A stretch of 64,000 nucleotides of DNA, from positions 121,360 through 185,359 of IMG/VR virus record IMGVR_UViG_3300032007_000006. One strand, 5' to 3'. This document shows, in pieces, positions 1-12,100 of this stretch (within the stretch, counting starts at the first letter, position 1; the number at the start of each line of letters is the position of its first letter). Source of the DNA: a virus. Lineage: Duplodnaviria > Heunggongvirae > Uroviricota > Caudoviricetes. A program made the position numbers and the translations under genes. The notes beneath the pieces were generated by a model. It searched no databases, was not told the DNA's origin, and saw only the letters and a program-made list of their open reading frames with translations.

Positions 1-92
1 GGTCATTATGGCAGTTTTCAGCATTATTTTCCTCCAGCTTGCAGTTGCAAGATATATATGATTTAAGGGCGTCTAAATCCACTTTCAGCGAT

Positions 93-100
93 TGTAAATA
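93..100 (+). promoter_or_regulatory. Late promoter-like TGTAAATA
   Basis: One of six exact copies 19-23 nt upstream of late-gene starts. Confidence 0.65.
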
Positions 101-120
101 TCTTATCATTCTACGCCCAA

Positions 121-483
121 ATGTCAATACAAAAAATTGAGCCTACGACTAAAGTCAAGGAATGGGTAAACCGCATGAATCAATCCTTTGAGGAAGTAAG
201 AAGGAGAGAAATGTGCTGGTCTGCTGTTTCAAAGTCTGGACAGTCTGTCTATGAGTTTGTGATTCCTAATGATGATCCTGAACAAGATTTTAAGAAGTTT
301 GACGTAAATGGACAGTATATCGTGCAGTATGGTGGAGTAGTTCTTGATCCAAGAGACTATTTGCTTGAAGGGACGAAATTGACTTTTGTAAATGGTCCCT
401 GCATGGAAGATGACTATGCCATTGTTGTAAAATATGTCAGTGGAGTAAAAACGACAATAAGGGGCAGAGAAAAGGAGGAATAG
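121..483 (+). CDS. Putative virion structural protein (T4-like fibre/baseplate-type N-terminal motif)
   Basis: N-terminus KVKEWVNRMN resembles the W-x-x-x-x-N start of T4-like fibre proteins; TGTAAATA 20 nt upstream. Confidence 0.5.
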   Translation: MSIQKIEPTTKVKEWVNRMNQSFEEVRRREMCWSAVSKSGQSVYEFVIPNDDPEQDFKKFDVNGQYIVQYGGVVLDPRDYLLEGTKLTFVNGPCMEDDYAIVVKYVSGVKTTIRGREKEE

Positions 484-486
484 TCG

Positions 487-726
487 ATGAAACTGGAAGG
501 AAAATATAAAAAGAAGAAGTTTTCATTTGACATTACAAAACGCAACGTCAAGCTGTGGTCTGTGGGAGATGGTCAGCTGGTTTTCAAGGAATGGAATTTG
601 AACGAAAGGGAGCCAAGACCAGCAGAAAATTTAAAAAGTCTGCTTTATCATGCTGAACTATGGAATGGAGTTCTTGTGCATGTCAACAACATAAAGGCAA
701 AGGTGGTTCAGGATGTGGAAAACTAG
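487..726 (+). CDS. Hypothetical protein, 79 aa
   Basis: SD AAGGAGG upstream; operonic with neighbours. Confidence 0.6.
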   Translation: MKLEGKYKKKKFSFDITKRNVKLWSVGDGQLVFKEWNLNEREPRPAENLKSLLYHAELWNGVLVHVNNIKAKVVQDVEN

Positions 727-2104
727 AATACCATACAGGCTCATTGACTTTTCAAGCAGAATCCATCCAATTGGCGACTGGGTAATTGGCGTTAGGCGCA
801 TTTCCAATTCTGGTGGTGCAGGCTCATGGACGTGGATTGATGAAAATGACAATGCTGTAGAAGTTGAGGATGGATATTTCAGGCATCATCCATCATATCA
901 ATTTGAGGAAATAGACCTTGAAGGAAATGACATGGTGTCAATTCCAAAGTTTTATGTCAAGTCCGACTCCAGTGGAAGATACTGGATTTCTCCAACTCCA
1001 AAGGAAGGATTTCACGTTCATCCAGCTTTCATGTCAAAGGGCCAGGAAATAAAGCTTGAAGTCACAGACACAAACAATGTTGTAACTGATCAGGCTAGCA
1101 TCATGATTGGCAAGTGGCAGTCCTGGATAGACTATGGAAAGATGCTTAGTCCATCTGTAAAGATGTGGTCCATGCCATCATGGACAGAATCAAGAATAGA
1201 TGCCCTTCAGGAAAAAATGAGACAGGACTGGATTAATGCCCATCCAGACGCTTCTCAAGATGAAATTGATGAAGAGACAGCAAAGATTGTCATTAGCGGA
1301 AAGCAGAGAAATGCGCTTCGAGAAGTGTATCCATCAGTTAATGCAACATACTGGGAAAACTGGCATGCGGCAGATGCATGGAATGATCATGAAGAGGATG
1401 GTCCAGTCAATATTTCTGGATATCACATAATGAACGTCTGGGAATGGTCGGCTCTTCAGTGGCTTGCCTTGATTGAAGGAAAGACTACGGACGTTCAGAC
1501 TAAGTTTGGAAAGGGACACGTTGAGGGAGGCTTTCTTGATACAGTAGACGGCACAATGAACATGACTTCCAACTTTCATGGCATCATTGGTCTCTGGGGA
1601 AACGTGTGGCAGTGGATACAGGGTGTGCAGACCTACTACAATGGAACAATATTTGTTTGGGACAACATAGGCAATTCCGTATACAAGGATACTGGAAAAA
1701 TGGCTCCATTGAGAAGTGGCGACTATGAATCATGGAGTCCAGGAGAAAATTGTGGCTACTGGAGAGAAAGAATAAATGCCAGTGGCTACAATTATGACAC
1801 TTCCGATATGTTTATTCCAGATTCAACAACTCTTGTTTCAGACTATGAAAGGGGCTCATTCTCTGATGGCATATGGGGACGCACAAGAAGCGCATCAAAG
1901 GATCTATATGCCTGCGCTGTTGGTGGTCCATTTAATTCAGGCGAATGGACTGGAATGTTCAGCTGGAATTTCAATGTTAGACTTGGAAATGAAGTAGTAA
2001 AGAATGGAATTCGTCAGGAAGAAGTGTCATGGTCCTACGAAAACGTAGCAAGCAGACTCTGCTTTGCTCCAGTCAACATTTCTGGAGACTATGACAGAGA
2101 GTAG
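713..2104 (+). CDS. C-type-lectin/FGE-sulfatase-fold tail-associated protein
   Basis: GLWGNVWQW motif and C-terminal GGPFNSG...GMFSWNFN...ASRLCF pattern typical of this fold. Confidence 0.6.
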   Translation: MWKTRIPYRLIDFSSRIHPIGDWVIGVRRISNSGGAGSWTWIDENDNAVEVEDGYFRHHPSYQFEEIDLEGNDMVSIPKFYVKSDSSGRYWISPTPKEGFHVHPAFMSKGQEIKLEVTDTNNVVTDQASIMIGKWQSWIDYGKMLSPSVKMWSMPSWTESRIDALQEKMRQDWINAHPDASQDEIDEETAKIVISGKQRNALREVYPSVNATYWENWHAADAWNDHEEDGPVNISGYHIMNVWEWSALQWLALIEGKTTDVQTKFGKGHVEGGFLDTVDGTMNMTSNFHGIIGLWGNVWQWIQGVQTYYNGTIFVWDNIGNSVYKDTGKMAPLRSGDYESWSPGENCGYWRERINASGYNYDTSDMFIPDSTTLVSDYERGSFSDGIWGRTRSASKDLYACAVGGPFNSGEWTGMFSWNFNVRLGNEVVKNGIRQEEVSWSYENVASRLCFAPVNISGDYDRE

Positions 2105-2125
2105 ACGCGATATACAGAATATCAC

Positions 2126-2153
2126 AAAAAAGGCTCCCTTTCGGGAGCCTTTT
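2126..2153. terminator. Bidirectional intrinsic terminator
   Basis: AAAAAA-GGCTCCC-TTTC-GGGAGCC-TTTT between convergent genes. Confidence 0.85.
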
Positions 2154-2172
2154 GCATGCATTTCGCTAAAAA

Positions 2173-3282
2173 CTAGAGAGCCTTGATAATGTCAAGAACC
2201 TGCTTCCAGAACTTGCGGTACTTGGCAGGATCGCCTTCTGCGGCAGGAAGAACGTAGTCTGCAAGATACTGCTTTCTCTTTGTCTCGGCAGTTTCCTGAA
2301 CAAGTGCGAGAACTTCTTCCTGATCGGCATTTTCATCTGCCGCGGCCAGAACTTCTTCCTTGGCTTCCTGAACAGCAAGACGTTCAACAGCATCAACCAC
2401 GCTATACTGTGCCACAAGATCAAGGAATTTGGCGGCACGGTCGGAAGCAACGTAGGATGGGAACTTCTCCTTCATGAACTTGCCGAAGGTCCATTCTGGA
2501 TCCTTGACTGCTCCATCAACGTCTTCTGATGGAAGAAGCTTCATAAGCATGTCTCTAATCTTGTCTCCATCGGAAACAGTGCCATCGCCCATTTCGCGAG
2601 GCCACCATGTGGTGAAGGTGTCAATTACCTTTGTTGGCTCATTGAAGGTGTCAAGTTCAAGGTCTTCATCAGAGCCATTGAGAGGACTTTCAAGTGCTGC
2701 AGATTCATCGCGACACTGTTCAATGCTGAAAAGTTCTTCCTCAAGGACATCATCAGGAATTTGAGTTTTTCCATCATAAACCGTTGGGAAAACTTCTTCT
2801 TCTGGATCTTCGTCTCTGTCAAAGACTGGCCCAGGAAGATCGTTGAAAATTTCCTCAGCAAGTCCCTTTTGATCGAGAACTGGAGACTTTGTTTCATTTT
2901 CCCAGATTTCTTCTGGATCGAATGAATCATCTGCAATATGGAACTTGGCATCATACTCATTTGGATGAATGAGCTTGCCTGTTTCTTCATCTTCAACGTA
3001 TGCTTCTTCTTCAACCTTGCCGAACTGAAGCTGCTTGTCAGCACCATAGGCCTTCAGGATTCCAGGAATCCAGCAAAGGTCATTGGCCATCTTGACATAT
3101 TTCAGAAATTCATCATCTCCATCTGAAGCAGAGTCATCGGCAGGTGCTGGATCTGGTTCTGGATCTGGGATAGGAAATGGTGGATTGTCTGCAGGTGGAT
3201 TGACAGGATCCTGTCCACCACCTTGAATGGTGCCGCTGTCGCCGCCAGGAAGATTTTGATCGTCTATGGTATCGTTGCCCAT
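2173..3282 (-). CDS. Highly acidic hypothetical protein with Pro/Asp-rich N-terminus
   Basis: 369-aa ORF, SD GAGG, D/E-rich. Confidence 0.75.
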   Translation of the reverse strand: MGNDTIDDQNLPGGDSGTIQGGGQDPVNPPADNPPFPIPDPEPDPAPADDSASDGDDEFLKYVKMANDLCWIPGILKAYGADKQLQFGKVEEEAYVEDEETGKLIHPNEYDAKFHIADDSFDPEEIWENETKSPVLDQKGLAEEIFNDLPGPVFDRDEDPEEEVFPTVYDGKTQIPDDVLEEELFSIEQCRDESAALESPLNGSDEDLELDTFNEPTKVIDTFTTWWPREMGDGTVSDGDKIRDMLMKLLPSEDVDGAVKDPEWTFGKFMKEKFPSYVASDRAAKFLDLVAQYSVVDAVERLAVQEAKEEVLAAADENADQEEVLALVQETAETKRKQYLADYVLPAAEGDPAKYRKFWKQVLDIIKAL

Positions 3283-3357
3283 TTTATTACCTCATGTATA
3301 TTGAATGCCAATCGGTTGGCTGGCGGCTGTAGCCGCCGATATTATCCTCTACACTAT

Positions 3358-4902
3358 TTACTGTCTATGACAGGGACAAGGACCTAAATTTCCTTTAGGA
3401 CGCCATCCGCTTCTAAGCAAGGCGTTTTCAAGACTTCTGGATTCTCTTCTGCATGGATCAAAGCCACAAAGTCCAAGACGCATTTGGGCATTCTGATTTC
3501 CCTTTGCTATCTGCCAGTTGACGGCAGACATTTCCTCTGCATTGGAAACAAGACCATTGTCAAGAGCAAACCGGCCAAAGTCCTGTCCACACTTCATAAG
3601 TTCGTCAAATATTCTTCCAGAAGGCCATTTGTGCCATATTCCATAGGCCTTTACAGCCGATGCAGTGGTACATCCATTGAGTATCATGCGGAGATAATGC
3701 AGCAGCTCTGAACTCCACACTGTAGGATTGGGAATGGATTCAAATCTATGTCGGCATTTAAGATTCCACGTTTTGGATGAAGTTGGAATCCATCTTCCCT
3801 TGGAATAGTTTGAAAAAGACACTGAAACCTTGTACCATGTTCCGCTTTTGCACCAGTCAAGTTCAGTCCATCGTCCATTGACTTTTCTTGCAATTGGAAA
3901 TGACCAGATGCAGTCTCCATTTGCTTCCTTTGGAATTGGCTTCATTTCTGTCGTCCATATGCCAGTGATGCTTTCTACGACAAGACGACACCATCCAGAC
4001 TCTACAGGTGGCTTGAATCTTATTGTAGAGTATATTTCATTGCCACATGATGGACCATGAAATTCTCTAATTTGAGAACGCCAGAAATTCTGCGTTGGAT
4101 TGTCTGGATATGTAATCCAGATGCTTTCTCCGCATACTTCCATTGTGCATCCTTTTGGAGCCTTTTCCAGCACAGGTCTTGGATCCTGTGGAAGCGTTCC
4201 ATCAGTTTCTCCATGTCTTGAAAGAACTTTGAAGGGGAATGTGGCCTGCAGAACTCCATCAACTAGAATATGGAGCTTGAAGTCTCCATATGCAAGAAAG
4301 GAAGTTTTAAAAGTAGCATGATCTTCGCTTCCAAAAGTGAACATTTCGCCACTGTTGAATTGACTTCTGTCTAGAAGTATCCATTTGCCATTCCAGGAAC
4401 TGGATTCATCTTCAATGTATCGTTCTATTCTTTTAACAGATTCCATGGAACTAAACACATACTGAACCTTTCTTGGTTGACTTGAAGGTTCAGATACAGC
4501 GAAATTGACTGTAAATTCTACCACATCATGGACATGAAATGATTCTGGCAGAGTGCATGTTATTTCTGGAAGAGAAGAATCAACTACATCAACATATTGA
4601 ACAACTTCCTTCAGCAGTGAACCTTCTGCCGTGCAGTACCAGTTTAACTTGACTTTACCAGTATCATTAAACTGGGCCCTAAATTGAATGCTTTCTTCAA
4701 CTAGCAGACTGCATCCCATTATTCCAGAGCAGGGAATCCAATTTCCTCCCTTGCATACCTCCAAAGATTCTGGATGCTGTGAAAAGCAGATGAAGCTCTC
4801 CACTTCTCTGCCCTCCATTTCTTCTGGAATAATGTCTACAGTAAATTCATGCTTTTGACCTTGCAGCGCCTTTGCGTTGGAAAAGGTGGTGGAAACCTGC
4901 AT
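3358..4902 (-). CDS. Hypothetical protein with Ig-like beta domains and Cys-rich C-terminal tail
   Basis: 514-aa ORF, beta-rich repeats, ends GPCPCHRQ; SD GGAG upstream. Confidence 0.6.
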   Translation of the reverse strand: MQVSTTFSNAKALQGQKHEFTVDIIPEEMEGREVESFICFSQHPESLEVCKGGNWIPCSGIMGCSLLVEESIQFRAQFNDTGKVKLNWYCTAEGSLLKEVVQYVDVVDSSLPEITCTLPESFHVHDVVEFTVNFAVSEPSSQPRKVQYVFSSMESVKRIERYIEDESSSWNGKWILLDRSQFNSGEMFTFGSEDHATFKTSFLAYGDFKLHILVDGVLQATFPFKVLSRHGETDGTLPQDPRPVLEKAPKGCTMEVCGESIWITYPDNPTQNFWRSQIREFHGPSCGNEIYSTIRFKPPVESGWCRLVVESITGIWTTEMKPIPKEANGDCIWSFPIARKVNGRWTELDWCKSGTWYKVSVSFSNYSKGRWIPTSSKTWNLKCRHRFESIPNPTVWSSELLHYLRMILNGCTTASAVKAYGIWHKWPSGRIFDELMKCGQDFGRFALDNGLVSNAEEMSAVNWQIAKGNQNAQMRLGLCGFDPCRRESRSLENALLRSGWRPKGNLGPCPCHRQ

Positions 4903-4906
4903 CGTT

Positions 4907-6049
4907 CTACTCCTCCCCTCTAAGAAGCCAAACGCTCTTGGATTCCGTATTTGGAATGCCTATCTTGACTGGAAGCTTTTCTATGGCCATTGCGATGCTA
5001 ATGGCATGACTTATGCTTTTCTGAAACCATTCAATGAACATTGTAGTCTTTGCGGCTTCAACGGCGGCCCAGAATTCCTGAGTCAGCTTTCTTGCGGCTA
5101 TGTCTTCAACGTCAAATGGATTTTGAAGAATATCGTCCTTCTCTGGAAATAGGGAAAGATAGTATTCAGCGTAGCTGTCATATCGGCCAGACATCTGTCT
5201 TGTCCATCTGTTTTGGTTGGAATTGATGTAGTTCCTCTGCATTTCAAGGATGTTGATCTTTCCTCTATCTTCAAACCTGATTCCTGCAAGGGCCAGCTGC
5301 GTCAACTTCCACATGCGTCTATGATTTTTGGAATCAAAGACTGGATTTCGCTGCACTGTTCTCCACTCTTCAATTTCTCTGTCCATTTCATATCTGGCTC
5401 TTGCTACCAGATCCTGATGAAAGTCCATTCCATCCCATGCAATGCAGGCCCAGGTTGAAGGACCATCCGGAATCAGTGGAATTGGATATTCTGAATTTTC
5501 AAGTCTTCCATAGGCCAGCATTCCATTGAATGAAGCCAGAACAAGTGGAATGTCATGCTCTGTAAATTTTGACAGAAGAAAGTCCCTGTCTTCTTCATTC
5601 TTCCATCTAACGTTGTATGAGACGGTAAGAAGATCCTTTCCCTGTACATAGTCCAAGGCCTGTCTGCATACGTTCATTAATTCGGGAAATTCGTCAATGA
5701 TATCTGAAATGACTTCAAAGCGAAGATCAAGTCTTGCATGCGTTCTCTGTACAAACTGATCAAGCAGTGGAAGCTTTTCCATGGCTTTTTTACCATTTGT
5801 GCAGATAATAATCTTTTTTACGTTGTCCATGGCCGCAAGATACTCCATGAACAGAAACAAATGCGGATGCAGAAACGGCTCTCCGCCTTCAAGGGAGACT
5901 TCAATCGGCCATTGATCGTAGGCTCTAACGGCCTCTTTGAACTCTTCAAACTTAATGAAGCCTTTTCCGCAAGGAGTGCAGGCTCCATAGCAGGATGGAC
6001 AGGCTAGTTCACACCTGCTAGTCAAATGGATGTAGAGCGTCTTCTTCAT
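4907..6049 (-). CDS. Radical SAM protein with C-terminal helical extension
   Basis: CELACPSC (CxxxCxxC), GGEPFLHP and TNG motifs. Confidence 0.9.
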   Translation of the reverse strand: MKKTLYIHLTSRCELACPSCYGACTPCGKGFIKFEEFKEAVRAYDQWPIEVSLEGGEPFLHPHLFLFMEYLAAMDNVKKIIICTNGKKAMEKLPLLDQFVQRTHARLDLRFEVISDIIDEFPELMNVCRQALDYVQGKDLLTVSYNVRWKNEEDRDFLLSKFTEHDIPLVLASFNGMLAYGRLENSEYPIPLIPDGPSTWACIAWDGMDFHQDLVARARYEMDREIEEWRTVQRNPVFDSKNHRRMWKLTQLALAGIRFEDRGKINILEMQRNYINSNQNRWTRQMSGRYDSYAEYYLSLFPEKDDILQNPFDVEDIAARKLTQEFWAAVEAAKTTMFIEWFQKSISHAISIAMAIEKLPVKIGIPNTESKSVWLLRGEE

Positions 6050-6120
6050 TTTGTCTGTCCAGCAAAATCCGCATTCATAACATTATGATATTTAACTTCT
6101 TTCATTGCATTCCTCAAACA

Positions 6121-9100
6121 TTATTTCAATTTATATGAATCTCCACCAACAGCGTCCTGTTCAAGCTGAACGTTTGCTGAAGTTCCCCTGGCGACAAGAC
6201 CAGCATAGTAGTTTTTGAAGGCCTGCGCCGTCCACATGGCCTGCTTGGCCTTATTGAAGTAGTCCTGATGCTCTAGTGCGAGACTTTGGCCTATTTTCTG
6301 AAGATAGGTGTTGTAGCAGTCATTTTCTGCATAATGGGAGGCATCTCTTAATCTTTTAGCCTGCTTGAATATGTTCCATGCCACGTCAAGATTTTCGCTG
6401 TAGATTTTTAGTCCATCAATTTTTGCCAGCTCTTCATATGCTTCCTTTAGCGACTTTCCATCAATGTTTGCACTGTCCCTTTCCGATGATGCAAACTGAC
6501 ATACGCCACCAACGAATTCCAGCGCATTTGTGTATAGATTTTTGTAGGACTTGATAAATCGTTTAAGGTCTGGAAAACCATACGCAACAGACTTTGTATT
6601 TTCGGAAACTGTAATGTAGGACATCTTTTTGGACTCTGTCTTTATTTCTTCCCTGACCCACATCCATTTCCATGATACCTGATTAATCAAGTATCCAGCA
6701 CCAAGAACTTCCTTTGTTGAAGGATTGCATTTGCTGTATACATAAGTCCAGGTTTTAGTTCCATTCGTGAATCTGTATGGCAGGTCGGCCACGATAAACA
6801 CGGCATTTTCATCCTGACTGTCCGTTACGTTAGTAATTTCATCGAATGATGTTGTGGCTTCCGAGAATTGATAGTAAAGCGTTTCCTTGACTCCATCCAT
6901 TCTCTTGTGATGATGCTTGTATATTGTTTGAGCATTTAAAGAGTTTATTGACACGGACTTTCCTTGGGAAGCATTGACGGCATTCTTTTCGTATGCTGTT
7001 TCAAAGTCTTCCTCCTTTCCAAGATAGTCAATGCCTTCGCCTTTTGCAATGGTTGTTGACGTACTGAAATCATCATCAAGAGCAACATCAACTCCCCATA
7101 TCTTGAATTCGGAATTCTTTGGATTCCATACAATTTCAATAAGTTCGGCATTGTCTCCGTATGGAATTGAAGCTGTGAATCTTATGCAGTCTGGAGAATA
7201 GACATATACTCCATATGAACCAACAGCCGCAAATTCAGATATTTCGTTTGAATCCCACGAATTCCACTTGAACTGAACGATTTTTTCAATTTCATTCAAA
7301 ACATCAGCTACAGGATTTACAGGACTGTTCCATACTATGGCCTTAATGTCCTTCCCTTCATTGGCATATGAAATTGAATTTGTGGATGCAATCCAGCCTT
7401 TTGAAGCCAGAATAACAATATTGTTGAGTTTTCCATTCGATTTGACTACCAGTTCAAGATGTTCAAACTTCCAGTCCTTTGCATAGACTGTCCATTTTGT
7501 GACTGCTCCAGTCTCAATTGAGCGGATGGCGCAATAGGAATCATAAAGATCGTTTCTGTCTTCATTTCTCTTCCATCCAATGTATACGTCAAATGCGTAT
7601 GCAGAAGCATTTCCTGCTCCATCTCCCTCTTCATAGGAATCCCATGAAGTGCTCTTTGATTCTGCAATATAGACGCCTGAAGTTCCAAAGAGGTCTTTGG
7701 AAGAAATCATTTCCCAAACCATTCCTTTCTTCATTATATCTGGATTTTCGGTTGACCAGGGATTTTTGATCGACTCTAGAACGCCATAGGAAACTTCAGA
7801 ATAGGCATCAACGAAAAGAGATGCTAGCGGAGTCCATGATCTTCTTTGTGGACCAACAGTTTCATATTTTTTCTTTTCTTCATTCCAGTAGGTTTCTGAA
7901 ACCATTCTTGAAGCAATTCCATCGCTTTCGAGTCCCTTTCCGCGCAATGGATCCATTGCATTGATTTTCGTGTCTACTAGATTTCCATTCTTGTCCTTCA
8001 TCCACCAGGAATTTGCAACTTCCTTTGTGATGGGATTGGCACATGAAGAAGTTGTAGCCACAAGAACGTCGTTTAGGGAATCAGCATCTTTAACGCGCCA
8101 TTCAAACTTCCATCTTCCACTTGCGGTTGAAGGAGGAATTGCAGAAACAGTGCTTGTGTATTCTGGAAGGCATTTAATGCCGGTATCAACACCATCAACA
8201 AACCAGTGCAGAGTTGATTCGGATTTTCCTGTAAACAGCTGCGGACTTCCAATGTTCTGAATTTTTCCAACATTGAGACCATTAAACCACATGCAGTATT
8301 CTGGACGCTTCTTATATGGACATGTCCCGCTTTCGCGAATGATTGGATGAAGATCGGAAGACAACGACCACTGCCATATTGAGCATTTCAGCTTTGGTTT
8401 TGTGTAGTGTCCACACTTTAACCCAGTATTGATGCCATTGATGAACCAGCATTTGACAGTTTCTGTCGCACCAGTTTCTTGATTTATTTCCTCAACAAAA
8501 TCTTCCTCTACCTTTGAATTTTGTGGAGCATCAAAACTGTCCCATTCCTTTACAGAATTGTCTACAATTCTATTGCATTTCCATCTGGTTCCAATTCTAG
8601 ACTGTGGAGTGGCGTCAGAAACGTATGGACCAATTCGGCTCTTCTGTGAACCACTTCCATCTGGTTCAGGAAGAAGCCACCATTCTTTTCCAGACATGCC
8701 GATGAAGAATTTGAGATTTTGAAGAGTTTCTCCTTCAGCAAGAGTTCCAGAAACTTCCAAAGATTTGGTGTTTTCAACTGTTCTTACATAGGCTCTGTTT
8801 GTTGTTCCTATTGGTTCAACAAAGAACATGTCACATTCAACACAGCTTTCGTTGAAGGAATTTTTTGCTGTAGACTTCCATATTGGAGTTTCATTTACAG
8901 TATTGATTACTCCTATGCACTGTGGTTCAAGAATGAATGGACATCCACCTGTTTTTGAACTGTATGGAGTTGATAGACTGCTTTTAAATGCGCCGTTTTC
9001 AGTTGAATCCATTACATTCTTGAATTTCCAGCATGGACGATAGTCTGTCGAAAACTTCGTTATTGGAGTTATGTTCTCTGAAGTTGAAAAATTATTAACT

Positions 9101-12100
9101 GGTCTTCCATTTATGGCCCAAAAATCTATGGCCTTTTCCTTTTCCATTGTTTGAACAATAATGTCTTTGGAGTCCAGAGTGAAAATTTCAGTTGGAGAAG
9201 ATTTCCCATACTCTTGGATCATCCATGTACGATTGTTTATGTATGGACGTCCATTTTCAATGACAGGGCCAATAATTCCACTAAGTTCTTCACCAATCAT
9301 CCAGGACTTGACGTTATTGTTGATGACAATTTTTGGATATACTCCAGGAACAGCAGTGATTCCAGTGGACTGTCCATTGAAATACCATACTGGACGTCCA
9401 TCTATCATTCTAACTTCTGGTTCATTTGCATAGACTGAAAAGGAAGTCTGCTTTCCACCAAGAACCCATTTCCATGAACGTCTGCGGACATATGGAGCAT
9501 ATGTTGATGGATTTTGAACCATGGACGCTTCGGCATCAGTCAGTTCCATGCCTATGTCTTTTCCATTGGCGATAAGCCATTTTGTGGAACCATTGTCGGA
9601 AATGCATTCGCTGGACTGTCTTGCTATGTATTCCGTATGGCCAGACACTGGATTTGAACCATTGTATGTCCATATCCAGTCTGTCCATCCGACTATTACA
9701 TTCTGAGCTCCCGCTCCATTTTCAACTGAATTTCCAAAAAGAAACTTTTTAAGTTCAGCATTTTCTGGATCTTCTTCAATTTGCGCTATTTCATTTTGTT
9801 CTTTTTGTGACAGAAGTCCAGTTGGAATATAGGATATGTACTTGTCTGCATGAAGAGGATTCAAGTCTCTCCAATAGACGTTTCCGGTTGTTGAACCAAC
9901 AGAGAGTCTTATTCTTCCTCCTGCCATAGCAGAAGTCAATGAAGTTAAAGTCTCGTCAACTTCAACGTATTCATTTCCTCTGCGAACATATATTGGAATA
10001 TTGATCCATTGAGATTCTGTGCTGTTGTTTACGGAGTATTCATAGGATTTGATAAAGTTCTCATCGGCTTCGTTTTCGGCGAGACTGCGCTCCTCTTCTC
10101 TAATGATGGCCATTTCAATTTTTGCAATTGCATTCTTCTCTTCTTCGGAGAGATTAGATGGAACTGCATTTCCTTGTATTTTTGCATTCATGGCCGCAAA
10201 AATTGCTGAATTTCCAGAATATTCTGGAGCATACAGCTGGATGGCCCTTGATATGTTGTCTGTGCCCTTCAGATAGGCCAGCAGAATCCGCTTTGTATTG
10301 ATCTCGTTGCTTCCATACGTTTCCAGCATTCTTTGATTGACATATGAAGCGAATGAATCTTCAATGTCTGTGTCTGCATTATAGACAAATCTTTTTGTTC
10401 CAAGTATGGAACGATCAAAGCATCTTGTTCCATAATAGAGAATAAGACCACCTTTTTCATATAGTCCAACAACAATTGGAAAATTATAGGCTTTGAACGT
10501 TGTCATGCCAATAATTTTGCTCATGGAAGACATTGCATCTGTTCCAGACAGATCTTTTGGAACATTTGTGTCGCCTGTTGAATCTCCTCCATATATTCCA
10601 GAAGATTTGACATAGAAGCCATATTCATCATAAACTACATATTCTTTTTCTGCATTTTCCGTGCTTTCATCATTAAGAGGTGGATATACTCTTGGAAGGG
10701 CCGAGTCTCCGTTTCTTCCACTGGAGGAATTTGTTATGCTTCCCTTTGAAAGAGACTTTGCGTACAGGTATTTCTTGTCTATGCGAACATCCATTCCATT
10801 GTTGACTTGTCTGCAAGTAGTCATGCCAGCTGCGGCAACAACAAACACCTTTTCGTACTGTTCTATCTGAATTGAGTATGGAACAAGAGAGGCTTCCCAT
10901 GTCCATGATGGATATGAGGCCGTCTTGCTTCCTGGATTCACTCTTGTTGTCAAGCCAATTATGGACGTGCCACTAGCAAGCTGCAATTCATCCATAATTG
11001 AATAGATGTTGACATTTTCTGACATGTCTATATTGACAATGGCATCGCTAATTCCAAATATGCTAGATTGACCGGAAGTGAATAATCCAGTTAGTCTAGG
11101 AATTAAAAAGTCTCCATATTCTAGAAGAGCGATTTTAAAACTTCCCAATGTTATTGTGGCGTATACTTCCTGCTTTGAAGCGGATGAATCCACAGCGGCG
11201 CTGTATATGCAGTTTGAATGTGGAAATGCTTCAGCCAAGCCAATTCTGAATGATTGTGATGGTTTAGAGTCAAAATTGGAATTAAATTGAGATTCAATAA
11301 TTAAAGTTCCATCAGATGCGACTGAAACTCTTGCCAGCTTTCCAAATGAAGCACCAGATGATGAACCAATAATCATAATAAATGTCTGTTTTTGGTTGTT
11401 CATCCATAGCGTCCATGAAAGTCCTGTGCTGTGGACAAGATTGTCCATATAGGGAAGTTTTGCGTAGCACTGTTCAATTGTTGAACCATCACCCACATAG
11501 ATATAGTTTCCTACGCCGTATCGTGTTCCAGAACCTGTAAGATGTGGTTCGGTAACTGTGTATATGTTTCCAATTGATGGATAGAATTCTGGCCAGCCAC
11601 CAGTGGATGAGATTAGATATGTTCTTGAAGAATCATAATTAATGGAAGAAGGATGCCATAAATTTTCTGGATCTGTTGATTGAACATACAGCGAGAATGA
11701 TTCAGACGAAAGAGAATTTGCATTCCATTGTACAAGTTTTCTCGCTGGAGATGAATTGAGACGTATTTGCTTCAATTCAGAATATTGAACATATGGAATG
11801 CTTCCTATTGAAACGGTACTTCCAAAAAGATATTTTCCTTCCGAATTAACTGAAAACTTTTTCCAGGTATTTCCAGATGCAACCATCAAGTCCTTTTTGA
11901 GGGCTTCCGATGCTTTCATATACTTGAATGCAGAAGATACGCTTCTAACGACAGGAACAAGATTTTTCTCTTCAATGGTGAATTGAAGATTGAATACTTC
12001 AACTAAACTTTCTTTAAGAACAGCAAATCTTAGAGGAGAATTTATTCTGTCAATATTGAAATTTGCTAATGCATTAATTGAATTTTCGCTTTGTTCAATA

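Noticed and set aside
1900-2100. Active diversity-generating retroelement
   Set aside because: No reverse transcriptase or template repeat seen in this window.
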